A stretch of DNA of 31,149 bases, taken from UHGV virus genome UHGV-0093339. One strand, 5' to 3'. Source of the DNA: a virus. The notes under the pieces are model-generated. The model saw only the letters and a list, made by a program, of their open reading frames with translations. It was not told the origin of the DNA and ran no database searches. Below are positions 7,078 to 17,218 of the stretch, in pieces; within the stretch, counting starts at the first letter, position 1, and each line of letters starts with the position of its first letter. A program made the position numbers and the translations under genes.

Positions 7078-9587
7078 TGCGGAATATCTCCGGAGAATCT
7101 CTGACGCTTCTGTGTCAGATTAAGAACAACGGGAGAACCATCATCTTTCAGCAGATAACCAGTACCAAGTTTCACCAGGTACTGACTATCGCCGTAACTT
7201 TGCAAACCATACTGACCAGGCGGTGTTTTTATCCCAGAGCCGACAACTTGTTCATTCCAAGCCTGATTAACCTGCTTATCGAATTGCTCTGCAGACATTC
7301 CCCACGGCAAAAGGACATTCCCCATTCCGTTATAGTCATGCACGCCACCTGTAGCTACGTTAACAGCCTGTTTCCAGACATCATTGTCAATTTCGCCTGA
7401 TACCACGCCTTTTTTCGCCATCACACCAGCGTAATAATCCTTTGCGATCTCGTATGCCATTGATGCCCCCTGAGCGTCACCAGCAAATGCATCCTTCACC
7501 ATGTCAGAAAACTCAAGGCGAAGATCAGCATCTTTAGGCATCGGAATACCTTTCGCATCATCAGTACCTTTACGAGCCGCCGCGCCAGCAAGAATTGTCT
7601 GCGCAGCGGTTTCAGGAGACACGGAAACATCCGGATTAAACCAGTTTTTTTCTGCCAAAATACCACCGGGCTTATCCATCAGTATCCCGGCAACGGCAGC
7701 AGATGGAGCGTTGGCACTGATCTGCTGTAGTGCTGACATATACACCTGCCCACCACCAGTGCTCTGCCTGATGGTATCGAGATATGCTGCCTGTTGGGAA
7801 ACTGGAGCATCACGAAAGAAAACACCGATCTGATTGGCCTCGTCTTTGGAAAAGAACGTCAGTGGAGTGCCATATGACTTAGCAAGGTCACTGACCTGAG
7901 CGGCACGCAAGGCAACGCTCTGTCCAAAGTTATCCTTATTGCTCATGTCGATAGGCTTTGCCTGTCCGGAGGCAAGAGAGAACTGCACAGGATCCGACTG
8001 CCGCTGCTTTATCACCTGATTTGCAGCCGAAACAACGTTGTCATAAAGAGCTGCGCGTGCCGCATACCCCTCCCCTGTATCACCAGTATCCGGGCGTAAT
8101 TGCTCAACATATGCTGTAATGCTGCTTGTCGGCATGTTGCGGAAAGAGCCTATATACTGTCCGGCGATTTGCGTATTTCTGAACTCGGTATATCGCAGGC
8201 TTCCTTCTCTTACTCCATAAGCTGCAATAAAATCAGCCTCACCAGGTGGGTTAGGAAATTCAACGCCACGCATATACGCAGCTGTCGCATCGCGAACCTG
8301 GCTGTCAATCATCGTTTTATATTCAGCCTGCTGCTGCCGACGCAGTTGATCCGCCTGTCGCATAAAACTTGCCTGCGCCTCAGGAGATGCCGCATCGAAT
8401 GCTGCATTACCGGTATAGCGTTTGGTGTTGGTTGGAATTGTTGATAAACCAAGTGCTGCACTGACACCAGCAGTTAACTGCTGATCACTGTATGGCTGGC
8501 TACCGTTCTCATGATGGATAATGGCTGCACAAAGCGCCTTCAGGGTATCAGGATTAGATGCATCGAGAGGCTCATCAGCAGAAACGCCAAGTTGTTCGCA
8601 CACTGCTTTGATATACGACATAGTGTCATTTTTATCAGTAGGCGGTGCCCAGCGATTAATTATCTCGCTGACGGTATCAATACCCTGCCTCTGATACGAC
8701 ATCAGGTTTCGCCCTAATGCACGAATCCCGTGTTCAGGTGTTTCGAATTTAGCAAATCGACCATCATCACCGGTCTGGCCTACCCACGGATTAGTTTTGC
8801 TGTATTCGAGATTTCCTGGGTTATTGTTGCGTATGCCACGGGCACGCTCGGAAGAGTCACTATCTGCTACAGCACGGCGAGCTCCAGCAGCAGTATCACT
8901 TAACTCGCCATTACTTTGGATGAATGCGGTCGCATTGTTTGCCGACCACTGGGACAATGCGGCATCAGCAACCTTCTCTTTAAACTCGACTTTCTTGGCC
9001 TGGATTTGCTCGTCGCTCCAGCCATGCGCAATGCCGTAATCCTCAATTTGCTGGAAAGTTTGCTTATTAGCCAATACGTATGCGGCGTTGTCGCCATACA
9101 ATGCTGCGGCATTTTTACCATTGTTCAGCAGCGTAGCCTGAAACTGGCCTTCTTCGTAGGCGTTTATTTGCCCTATCTCGTGCCGCCCTGCCTGCGTAGT
9201 GAACTGAATGCGCTGCTGCTGCGCCTGCTGCATGAAAGCATTACGAGCCTGTTCATCCGGCAGCGACATAGCCAGTTGTTCGACCTGAGCATCAAACTGC
9301 TGCGTATACTCATGGCCTTTTCCAATAGCATTTTTCCCTTTCAGGTTAAGCAACCCTGTTTCAGGGTTATTCAGCAGATCGCTGCTTATCTGACTGAGGT
9401 TAAGAGATGCCTCCTGAGCCAGAGCGATATTGGCACGCTGTTTTGCCTGACCAAAAACATCAATAGTCTCTGCCCCTGCCCGAACAAAAGCATCACCAAT
9501 ACCTGGCTGAGAAAACGTCTGCAAGCCTGCTGACTGAACTCCACGGCTCTCAACCTGACGTCCGGATACTGTTGGTACGACTGGCAT
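7074..9587 (-). CDS. virion internal protein (837 aa), putative
   Basis: ORF-track 7074..9662 trimmed to the ATG at 9587, which overlaps the upstream stop (TAATG) and follows GGAGGA; contains the segment GIRNNNPGNLEYSKTNPWVGQ that I could not assign to a family. Confidence 0.5.
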   Translation of the reverse strand: MPVVPTVSGRQVESRGVQSAGLQTFSQPGIGDAFVRAGAETIDVFGQAKQRANIALAQEASLNLSQISSDLLNNPETGLLNLKGKNAIGKGHEYTQQFDAQVEQLAMSLPDEQARNAFMQQAQQQRIQFTTQAGRHEIGQINAYEEGQFQATLLNNGKNAAALYGDNAAYVLANKQTFQQIEDYGIAHGWSDEQIQAKKVEFKEKVADAALSQWSANNATAFIQSNGELSDTAAGARRAVADSDSSERARGIRNNNPGNLEYSKTNPWVGQTGDDGRFAKFETPEHGIRALGRNLMSYQRQGIDTVSEIINRWAPPTDKNDTMSYIKAVCEQLGVSADEPLDASNPDTLKALCAAIIHHENGSQPYSDQQLTAGVSAALGLSTIPTNTKRYTGNAAFDAASPEAQASFMRQADQLRRQQQAEYKTMIDSQVRDATAAYMRGVEFPNPPGEADFIAAYGVREGSLRYTEFRNTQIAGQYIGSFRNMPTSSITAYVEQLRPDTGDTGEGYAARAALYDNVVSAANQVIKQRQSDPVQFSLASGQAKPIDMSNKDNFGQSVALRAAQVSDLAKSYGTPLTFFSKDEANQIGVFFRDAPVSQQAAYLDTIRQSTGGGQVYMSALQQISANAPSAAVAGILMDKPGGILAEKNWFNPDVSVSPETAAQTILAGAAARKGTDDAKGIPMPKDADLRLEFSDMVKDAFAGDAQGASMAYEIAKDYYAGVMAKKGVVSGEIDNDVWKQAVNVATGGVHDYNGMGNVLLPWGMSAEQFDKQVNQAWNEQVVGSGIKTPPGQYGLQSYGDSQYLVKLGTGYLLKDDGSPVVLNLTQKRQRFSGDIPQ

Positions 9588-10132
9588 TATAATCCTCCGG
9601 GTAATCTGGTTCCTGCTGCTGCCCCGATTGGCGCAGGAGTGCTTTGAGTAAACGGACTCCACGTCCCACCAAACATCTGGTACGCACCGTATGCCTTCAG
9701 AGGCGCAGTGAGCAATGTTGTTGCTGCTCCCACATTCCCCTGTTTACGGGCTGAACTGGCTTCTGCTTTATAGTTGGCAGCCTGAACCTGATAACCGTAA
9801 GCCTCGCGTTGCGCGTTATTCACCGTCGTCAGCGAATCAAGAGCGCCAAACTGGGCAGTGTCGCCAAATATATCCAGCGCGTTACCTGTAGATAAATCAG
9901 CGCCGGTAGCCCCCATTGTCGCCGCTTGTGTACCAAGCCGCTGTCGGGTCTCTCTGCGCCGTTGCTCAGCTTCAGCGTTACCTCTGTTTATTGCATCATT
10001 TGCCTGAGCAGTGGCTATATCTGCGTTCGCTTCTGCAACCTTCGAGGCATACTTTCCCTGTTGGTACTGGGTGTATGCCTGAATGCCACTCATGGCGAGC
10101 ATTGCGCCACCAGCAATAACCGGATCGCACAT
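9587..10132 (-). CDS. virion internal protein (181 aa), putative
   Basis: ORF-track; TAATG start/stop overlap with both neighbours; size and position comparable to T7 gp14. Confidence 0.45.
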   Translation of the reverse strand: MCDPVIAGGAMLAMSGIQAYTQYQQGKYASKVAEANADIATAQANDAINRGNAEAEQRRRETRQRLGTQAATMGATGADLSTGNALDIFGDTAQFGALDSLTTVNNAQREAYGYQVQAANYKAEASSARKQGNVGAATTLLTAPLKAYGAYQMFGGTWSPFTQSTPAPIGAAAGTRLPGGL

Positions 10133-10596
10133 TATTTTCTCTCCATGTGAAATCTGTGGAAATTAAGACCAAGAGCACCATAAGGCGCGGCTTCTTCAAG
10201 CCTGAATCCAAGCCAGTGCAGCCATGCTTTGGCAACATGGTTTCGCTCGTCGACATAGTTTTCCAGGCGCGGATAAACTGCCAGCATCTGCTGCAATACA
10301 GGGCGGCAGTGGCGAAGAAATGTCTTCTGATATTTTTCGATACGGCTGGTTCCGACCAGCCAGGGCGTACCATTGCCACCGATCATTGACGCCGGAGATA
10401 CGCCAAACATGGTTACCAGTTCTCCGTTCGCGAACCCTGACCAGGCCATAGTCGCAGTGCGAAGACCAACACGCAGCGCATCTTCGGTAGTCATCAGCGA
10501 TACCGCATACAGTTCGTCAATATCAGCCTGACGAACATCCGGCAAAATCATCTGAAGATGCTCTTCGGTGGCGGGAATAATTCGAACATCGATCAT
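10132..10596 (-). CDS. virion internal protein (154 aa), putative
   Basis: ORF-track; start overlaps the nozzle gene stop; size and position comparable to T7 gp13. Confidence 0.45.
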   Translation of the reverse strand: MIDVRIIPATEEHLQMILPDVRQADIDELYAVSLMTTEDALRVGLRTATMAWSGFANGELVTMFGVSPASMIGGNGTPWLVGTSRIEKYQKTFLRHCRPVLQQMLAVYPRLENYVDERNHVAKAWLHWLGFRLEEAAPYGALGLNFHRFHMERK

Positions 10597-13067
10597 CAGA
10601 ATCCCCCAACAGTAAGGCGAGGAATAACGGCAAGAACAGACAGCGGCAACGGGTCAAGCTGACGGATTCTTACACGTCCGTTTTTGCCCCAGTTACTGTC
10701 CAGTTTCACTTCTACTTTTCCGGTAGCGTCATCAACAGGATCATCGTAGAACTCGAATTCACGCTGTGGATATTCGTACCATTTACCGCCGGGCGTAGTC
10801 GCCCAGATGCCGCGGCTGGCATTCACAACCAGAGTAACGGATGGGATCACCTGTTTTTTGTCCAGCAGCGTTTCCTGTCCGTTAATGTTGATATCCAGTG
10901 TTTCGAATTCAGCAGTTATTGGCAGGCCGATGTGCACTACAGCCCCCGGTGATTCCAGCGTAACGGCACCTCCGAAAACTACTTTCTGTGGTTCCACGTT
11001 CGCATCAGAGAGGATGTTTACGGTCTGTCCTTCAAGATGAGACAGGCCTCCAAATGTCCGGCGCGCCATCTGCCAGTTCGTGGTGGCCACATTCCTGAGG
11101 AATGGTGGGACGTTCCTGTTAGCACGAACCACTACAGCGGTATTGCTGGTTACAGAAATAATGTCGCAACGTAATTCTTTTGACACTTCATCTCCAGTAT
11201 CAGGAACAGTTCCGGTATAAGGGAACTGTAGTTGCGCGCCGACATCACTACTGGTGAAGTACGCACCACCAGAAACACTGATTGTATATTCCGCACGGTA
11301 ATCCCATTCACCAGAACCACCAGTGATGGTCATCGTTCTGTCAGACGTATTTCTTCCATCATAGCTAAGGCCAGAATCAACAAAGAAAGCATCTTCATCG
11401 CTGGTAAATAAACGGCTGGACAGTCTCTCGATGTATCTCACTGTTTGCCCGTTAACGGTTCTGTTAACGACGAAATACACCGCATCTTCATTGCCTTCGC
11501 TGATACTGCATGTGCTTTCATATTTTCCGGTACTGGATTGTGGTGCCCATGCAAAAACCTGCTGATCACGCAAATAGGTCATCACCAGTAATTTACCGTC
11601 ATCACGAATGCAGAAGGCGCTGGAGTAAGGGACAATAGAGAAGCACCAGTCAACAATGCTGTGCTTCTGAAAAAGATGATTGGCAAGGATGGTCAGGTCG
11701 TTCCCCTGATAGCCGTCAACATCGAATGAGTAGGCCAGATCACGGACAACACTGCCTTTCTCCTGGACGAACAGAGCAATATTCGCCACGGCAATTGGTG
11801 GGACATTGCTCGAGCCATTTGATCCCTGAGAGCTGAATGCAAATGATGATGGGGTTAACACTTTGTTCTGGTCGCCGGTGATGACGTACTCACCTCCGGA
11901 AGTCAGTGCCACCAGCGAACCGACATCAATCAGGTGGCGGATCTCATTAACCTGACGCCCGGCATAGGTGTAGATAATTCTGTCGTCATCCTGCGTAGGA
12001 TTGCTTTTGCCAAAATCCTTATAATCCCCGGTACGGCTGGCCCAGATAGTCTGAGGGAACGCAGTCGATGCGGCGAAGTAAAGACGTTGTTGATAATAAA
12101 CAACAGTGCCAGGATAACCATTAACACTGTTCCAGGCATATTTAGCCCATTTATAGCTGGCATTATCCTCGCCAACTACCTGCGAAGGGATATAGGAAAT
12201 CACCTCGGCAGTTGCAGTAGTTCCATTTGCAGCAGTGATACGGGCAATGCCAAAACCACTGTGCAGATATTCCCACTCAATGCCAGTATCATCATCACCG
12301 GATCCGCCCCAGCCATCCCATGATGTGCCTTCTGTATGCGAAGGGCGCAAAGTACCTGTTTTGCCTGCTGTAACGGCGCGATAGTAGTTACTGTCTGCAC
12401 GGCGAATATCGCCAATCGACGTACTCTTACTGGTTTCCCATACCGGCACAGAATCCACTGCAGGCTGTTCCAGATAGAACAATTTGCCTACCAGCTCCGC
12501 GCCAAAAATAGAGGCGCTTGCCGTTAGCGTAATTGTCCCGGTGCTGGCGCTGGCATAAACCGTCACTGACTCGTCAATATTGATATCTTCAAATGGCCCG
12601 TTCTTCGTTACCACATCAACCAGTTGCCAGTTGTCATGCGCATAGCGGCGCAACTCTTTCGGCGGGTATGCCGGATGAACCAGCGTAAGCACGTCTGCGC
12701 TTTGCGTGAATTTAATTCGGAACAGATCGGCTTCAGTATATGGCGTGGCAATTTCATAAATAACATTGCTGCTGTTCAGCACCAACGCACTATCTTTGAT
12801 AACGCGCATGTACTGGTGTCCGAACTCCAGAGCATAAGTCTGAACCGTCGAGAACTGGAACGGGATCAGGCGGCATTTCCGATTTGGGTATTTGGCGGCA
12901 CCGACAAAACGCGTACCAGGTCGATTCTCAACGCCGCCATACTGCCGCACGATAAAGTTATCGCACTTGCGCAATGCCACCTGGTACTTCGCCATGTCGA
13001 TACGTCCGTACAACGACGGTCCAATCTCACCACCGGCAAAGCTGGGCTGGATCCAACTGATAGCCAT
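10596..13067 (-). CDS. tail nozzle protein (T7 gp12-like tail tubular protein B)
   Basis: 823-aa ORF; N-terminus MAISWIQPSFAGGEIGPS...VENRPGTRFV resembles the T7 gp12 N-terminus MALISQSIKNLKGGISQQP...LQKRPPLVF as I recall it; directly follows the adaptor-like gene. Confidence 0.6.
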   Translation of the reverse strand: MAISWIQPSFAGGEIGPSLYGRIDMAKYQVALRKCDNFIVRQYGGVENRPGTRFVGAAKYPNRKCRLIPFQFSTVQTYALEFGHQYMRVIKDSALVLNSSNVIYEIATPYTEADLFRIKFTQSADVLTLVHPAYPPKELRRYAHDNWQLVDVVTKNGPFEDINIDESVTVYASASTGTITLTASASIFGAELVGKLFYLEQPAVDSVPVWETSKSTSIGDIRRADSNYYRAVTAGKTGTLRPSHTEGTSWDGWGGSGDDDTGIEWEYLHSGFGIARITAANGTTATAEVISYIPSQVVGEDNASYKWAKYAWNSVNGYPGTVVYYQQRLYFAASTAFPQTIWASRTGDYKDFGKSNPTQDDDRIIYTYAGRQVNEIRHLIDVGSLVALTSGGEYVITGDQNKVLTPSSFAFSSQGSNGSSNVPPIAVANIALFVQEKGSVVRDLAYSFDVDGYQGNDLTILANHLFQKHSIVDWCFSIVPYSSAFCIRDDGKLLVMTYLRDQQVFAWAPQSSTGKYESTCSISEGNEDAVYFVVNRTVNGQTVRYIERLSSRLFTSDEDAFFVDSGLSYDGRNTSDRTMTITGGSGEWDYRAEYTISVSGGAYFTSSDVGAQLQFPYTGTVPDTGDEVSKELRCDIISVTSNTAVVVRANRNVPPFLRNVATTNWQMARRTFGGLSHLEGQTVNILSDANVEPQKVVFGGAVTLESPGAVVHIGLPITAEFETLDININGQETLLDKKQVIPSVTLVVNASRGIWATTPGGKWYEYPQREFEFYDDPVDDATGKVEVKLDSNWGKNGRVRIRQLDPLPLSVLAVIPRLTVGGF

Positions 13068-13672
13068 CAGGACAACCTCGCAATGGTAAACTCGTCAACC
13101 GGTGGCTGTGGTTCCTGTGATTCATTCTGGCTATGCGAGCCAGCACTAAGAATCACGCGATTGTACATATTGAGGGCAAACGTACCGAGGTCTGCATTCC
13201 CAGTCAGCGCCATGTTAATAGCTGCCGCAAGACGCCAGGCCAACGCCTCCATAAAAATGGCATCAAACATGTTCACATCTGTAACGCGAGAGACATACTT
13301 GAGCCATGCCTGAGGCTGGTCTGTGTAGATCAACTTTCCTGTTCCGTTGGTGTCTGCACCAACTTCGTACTGAACGCGCATTGCTGCTGTTGGATTGCGT
13401 ACACCAGGAAGCATAATTTCAGTAATGCGCAGACAATCTGACGGGTACTGGTACGCATATTCCCAGTCAGGCGGTGGATTGCTCGTATCTGCAAGCGCCA
13501 CGCGTTTGGTAGCAAAGTTCCAGTCAAAATCAGAAAGCACAGCATCACGGCAGGCCTCAAAGTGCAGCGAACATTCCCCCGCTTCCTTGCTGGCTTCCGT
13601 CAGGCTGTTAATGCTGCGGCTATTGCCAATATTGGACAGCGCACGATTACAGATCTCTACTACAGAGGCCAT
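13067..13672 (-). CDS. head-to-tail adaptor protein (T7 gp11 / P22 gp4-like)
   Basis: ORF-track 13067..13675, ATG at 13672 overlapping the upstream stop (TGATG) and preceded by GGAGGTGA; N-terminal pattern EICNRALSNIG...DW resembles adaptor proteins from memory. Confidence 0.55.
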   Translation of the reverse strand: MASVVEICNRALSNIGNSRSINSLTEASKEAGECSLHFEACRDAVLSDFDWNFATKRVALADTSNPPPDWEYAYQYPSDCLRITEIMLPGVRNPTAAMRVQYEVGADTNGTGKLIYTDQPQAWLKYVSRVTDVNMFDAIFMEALAWRLAAAINMALTGNADLGTFALNMYNRVILSAGSHSQNESQEPQPPVDEFTIARLS

Positions 13673-13995
13673 CACTCACCTCCGTTACCGTACAGAGTTT
13701 CAGCCGCTGATTTTTCTACATCCCCGGAAACAGGAGCGATCGCCATATCAGTGATCTGCAGATCGGCGCTGCGATTAACACCATCGTCAGTTTCTCTGGC
13801 AGACAGGCCTCGAATAACAGCCTTTGCAGTTATCATCACTTCTGTTCCGACGCCCTGAGGTTGCACCTTCAGCCTATTCAATGTGTCGTTATTAAGAGTG
13901 ATGCACAGTCCCCACGGGTATTCATCGCGAGTTCTGGTTTCTCCGCTCTCATCCTGGTAGCTGTCAGTGCCGGTTTTGAGGTTTACGAGTTCCAT
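13672..13995 (-). CDS. hypothetical virion-module protein (107 aa)
   Basis: ORF-track 13672..14001 trimmed to the ATG at 13995 with CAGGAG 5 nt upstream. Confidence 0.5.
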   Translation of the reverse strand: MELVNLKTGTDSYQDESGETRTRDEYPWGLCITLNNDTLNRLKVQPQGVGTEVMITAKAVIRGLSARETDDGVNRSADLQITDMAIAPVSGDVEKSAAETLYGNGGE

Positions 13996-14006
13996 ATACA
14001 CTCCTG

Positions 14007-14029
14007 CAATAAAGGGGCCGAAGCCCCTT
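14007..14029 (-). terminator. putative intrinsic terminator inside the virion operon
   Basis: aggggc-cgaa-gcccct hairpin followed on the minus strand by TTTATT, between the 111-aa and 107-aa genes. Confidence 0.45.
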
Positions 14030-14045
14030 GTCTGATCCGCGAGGC

Positions 14046-14381
14046 TTACACGCCCAGTTCTTTACGCTTATCTGCGATCTTCTCGCGGAGCGTTTCGGCT
14101 TTGGCGTTATGGTGTGGCTTCTCGTTAAAGAGCAATTCGTACTCTTCACGGAGCTTATCCAGTTCACCATCATCTGACACATCGTTGATGATTTTGGTGC
14201 TGGTTGCTGCCATAGACACCTTTCCTGCTACCTTTGCTTTTGCCTGTCTGGCTGCATCGTTAACAGGTTCCAGTGCGCTACCAGGCTCACCTTCGTATTC
14301 GATTTCTGCCCCCTCCGGCCACAGTGTGTTATGGATATGAGAGAGGCGCAGAACGCGGTATCTTGGTTTCTCACCTGACAT
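14046..14381 (-). CDS. hypothetical head-module protein (111 aa)
   Basis: ORF-track 14046..14390 trimmed to the ATG at 14381 with AAGGTGA upstream; coiled-coil-like C-terminus. Confidence 0.5.
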   Translation of the reverse strand: MSGEKPRYRVLRLSHIHNTLWPEGAEIEYEGEPGSALEPVNDAARQAKAKVAGKVSMAATSTKIINDVSDDGELDKLREEYELLFNEKPHHNAKAETLREKIADKRKELGV

Positions 14382-14391
14382 CGATATCACC

Positions 14392-14829
14392 TTAACCAGT
14401 TACTTTTGAGCGGATCGGATACGGCGTATTGGCATCAACATCAAGACTGATACCAGCAGTGAATTCGCCAGCCGTTAGTGGGCCAGTTGCGACGGAGTAG
14501 TTAACACGCAGATATCGCTGAACACCGGCAGGCACCTTTGCAGAAACAACTCGTTTACCTGCTGTCAGGGCGGTCTTTGCCAGTGCGCCACTATCATAAA
14601 TAGTGGTCCATGAGCTGTTATTCTCACTCGTCTGCAACTGGATGTTTACAGTTGCATCACCGCTTGCCGCGGCGGCTGTGTTAACCAGCGCCCAAAACTC
14701 AAGCGGGTAACCCACGCCGATATCACGACGTTTTCCGTCAATTGGACCGAGATCGATTACGTCAGTAGAAGCCGCGGTATTCGTAACCGCCTGAGCTTCG
14801 GAGAACATCAACAGTTTGTCGGTGATCAT
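14392..14829 (-). CDS. head decoration-like protein (145 aa), putative
   Basis: ORF-track; GGAG RBS; C-terminal segment TAGEFTAGISLDV resembles the lambda gpD C-terminus (AFAGTAISIV) from memory; low-confidence family call. Confidence 0.4.
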   Translation of the reverse strand: MITDKLLMFSEAQAVTNTAASTDVIDLGPIDGKRRDIGVGYPLEFWALVNTAAAASGDATVNIQLQTSENNSSWTTIYDSGALAKTALTAGKRVVSAKVPAGVQRYLRVNYSVATGPLTAGEFTAGISLDVDANTPYPIRSKVTG

Positions 14830-14880
14830 CTTCTTTCTCCATTAGTGGGTCTGTTACGACCCACAGGTTAATAACAGGCG

Positions 14881-16450
14881 TTACACCACGCGGGCTTCTG
14901 TTTCCAGAAGCGCATCAGTTTCACGGATTGGTACACCACGGAATGAAGTCCACCACTCGCCTTCTGTCTCTTTTACGCTGATCGCCAGAGATGTTTTCTC
15001 CAGAGATTGCAGATCAAGAGCCTGGCCTACAGTGCGGTTCATGTAGAACACCGGGCGACCCATGCCACGGTTTGGAATTCGATGCAGTGCTTTAACCATC
15101 AACTTCGCAATATTTGCGGCAGAGGAAGGTTCTGAAAGATTGCTGACATCGATGTTTGCAATGCGAACAACATAACGCCAGTCACGCAGAGCAAGTCCGT
15201 TATCCCATTTGTAATGGGTGCGATAGCCTTCGTACTTGCCGCCATTAGCATCTTCCAGTGTCACCTGGCCTTTATCTTCCATCTGGATGCCAGCCTTCTG
15301 CCCTTTCGGGAAGATGCCATGCACGGTGTTTTCGCCCCACACCACTAACCAGATTGAGGTGTTATCTGTACCCGTGCCACCAGCATCAATGATGTTCTGA
15401 GCATTACCCGCAGACAGGCTGGAATAGCGGGAGGACAGTCCCATAAACTGCTGAGGGTTAACGCTGGAATCACCATAAAACAGCGTCTGCGCCATCTGCT
15501 GATTCATCGCTTCAATAAATGCGCGGTCTTCAGACAGGCGGAATTCGGCGGTATTGCCGTTCAGATCAGCCAGTGACTTATCGACTTCAGCATAGGTTTC
15601 CAGCATGCCCACGGAATCGGTTACCCGGGCATGATGATCCATAAACATCTTCGCCGTTAACTTCCCAGCGCGGAGCCATAATTGGAAACTCATCGAATCC
15701 GGACTCACGCAACAACTTGTCGTTATCGCCACCAACCTCGTAATAAACCGATTTGAATGGCTTGTTCTTGCTATCCAGCTTCGATGTATCGCGGTCAATG
15801 TTCGGGTAAACCGAATGCATCACTTCAATCCACTTCTCGTAGGTGCCGCTTTCCCACATGCTTTTTACGGATTCGCTGACGTTATTTAGCCCGAACTCCT
15901 GAACAAGCTGACGAACAGTCATAGCGAACTTGCGAAAACAGGTGTCCACACTGCCACGAGGTGAGTTAGCCAGGTAGTAACTGCCTATCGGGAATGGCAT
16001 TGTGCGAATGATGTCCTCGTCATCTTCCAGCACTGCCATTGCACCAGTGCTGTATGTGCCGAGGCTTCCGTATAACTGCGGCAGCGACTGATAGAGATTC
16101 GACTTATTGAACATATCGTTCATGCGGTTCTGCACCGCCTCAAGCCACAACTTAACAGGGCCATAATCCATCATTTCAGGATCTGGCGTAGCCAGGCGAA
16201 ACCACGGACGCGCGGGGCTTGTGATGCCTGACACCATGCCGCTGGCGAGAGTGCGCGCCGCCATAGTCCCGGTCGAATCAATAATGCGTGTATTGCGTCG
16301 ATCGTTACGGTTGACCTCAGAAGTCAGAAAGCGGGAACCACGCGGGTTGATGTAATCACTCAACTCGCGCCAGTGCGGCTCGAACGACTGACGCTCGCTT
16401 TCAAGTTGTGCGAACTGTTTGTTCAATCGCTCTTTAGTTGTTTCCGCCAT
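14881..16450 (-). pseudogene. portal-like head gene split between two reading frames near 15620-15650
   Basis: ORF-track 15587..16450 and 14881..15798 overlap by about 70 codons in different frames; protein-like sequence ends in one frame at ...PRWEVNGEDVYG and resumes in the other at ...ARVTDSVGMLETYAEV; N-terminus and the GE(D/S)YG region resemble the T7 portal from memory; the listed start of the second ORF is a TTG. Confidence 0.45.
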
Positions 16451-16464
16451 TTCAATGACTCCGG

Positions 16465-16671
16465 TTACTGACCAAGCAGCGTTTTACCGCTGGTATTAGC
16501 GGTTGATGTGTCGCCCTGAGAACCGGTAAGCAGCGTAGAACTACGACCAGCAGCAGCGCGACGGCGACGAGTTTCTTCGTCGCGGGCATCAACAACGGCG
16601 GCATCCTGCTCCTGTGGTGCTGCCTGAACTTCTGGTGTTGCAGGCACTGACGGTGAGCTACCCATGCACAT
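16465..16671 (-). CDS. hypothetical low-complexity small protein (68 aa)
   Basis: ORF-track; ATG preceded by the same cggagtcattga element that precedes the portal-like start at 16450. Confidence 0.35.
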   Translation of the reverse strand: MCMGSSPSVPATPEVQAAPQEQDAAVVDARDEETRRRRAAAGRSSTLLTGSQGDTSTANTSGKTLLGQ

Positions 16672-16761
16672 ATCAATGACTCCGTACGCAATTAAATTAT
16701 TACCAATTTAACCACATATGATTTATTTATCGTAGATAGTTGACATTTAACGCACAAATTA

Positions 16762-16776
16762 TTACCTTTCAGGTAA
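16762..16776. promoter_or_regulatory. operator-like dyad TTACCTTTCAGGTAA upstream of the head operon
   Basis: Perfect TTACC-N5-GGTAA; a TTGACA hexamer on the plus strand lies at 16740-16745. Confidence 0.4.
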
Positions 16777-17098
16777 CCAAAGAGTTCATTCCGGTTACTA
16801 ACCTGACTGGCTTGTCGTTAAATTGAACAGGTGGAGTGAGCTTTTATTTTGAGCAGTACGGCGTATGGCACATGCGCCGATAGCGGTCTGGATACGTTTA
16901 AGGGGCACCCTCCCTTGCTCGGGCAAACGAACCAGGTAGCCGGAATGTGCAAGTCGAGCGGTTTTATTCCGCGCACGGGGATTCACCATCCCGGCGATTC
17001 GGTGTGACGCCTCGGAAGAGACGAGGGTACAACGATGAGAGCATTTATGGAGCCGCGACAAAGTGTGGTGCCTTAACAGGCTAAGTGCTCTCAGCGTT

Positions 17099-17175
17099 GT
17101 GGCATTAGCTCAGTTGGACAGAGCAACCGCCTTCTAAGCGGTTGGTCGCAGGTTCGAATCCTGCATGCCACGCCA
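17099..17175 (+). tRNA. tRNA-Arg (anticodon TCT)
   Basis: Cloverleaf folded by hand: 7-bp acceptor stem gtggcat/atgccac, D-arm gctc-agttggaca-gagc, anticodon stem accgc/gcggt with loop cttctaa (anticodon TCT at 17133-17135), T-arm gcagg-ttcgaat-cctgc, discriminator G and encoded CCA. Confidence 0.85.
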
Positions 17176-17218
17176 GAATCACGCCTAAGGACCGTGATGC
17201 CAGAAGTTCCAGGGGCTT

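Noticed and set aside
15646-15798. N-terminal part of ORF-track 14881..15798 as a separate capsid gene start
   Set aside because: The listed start is a TTG and the first 50 codons read as out-of-frame text of the upstream portal-like frame; candidate internal ATGs lack an RBS, so I treat both ORFs as one disrupted gene
16798-17061. 87-aa minus-strand ORF and a possible second tRNA in 16800-17098
   Set aside because: ORF has no RBS and an Arg/Ser-rich translation; a T-arm-like segment (ggga-ttcacca-tccc) exists but I could not fold a complete cloverleaf with acceptor and anticodon arms
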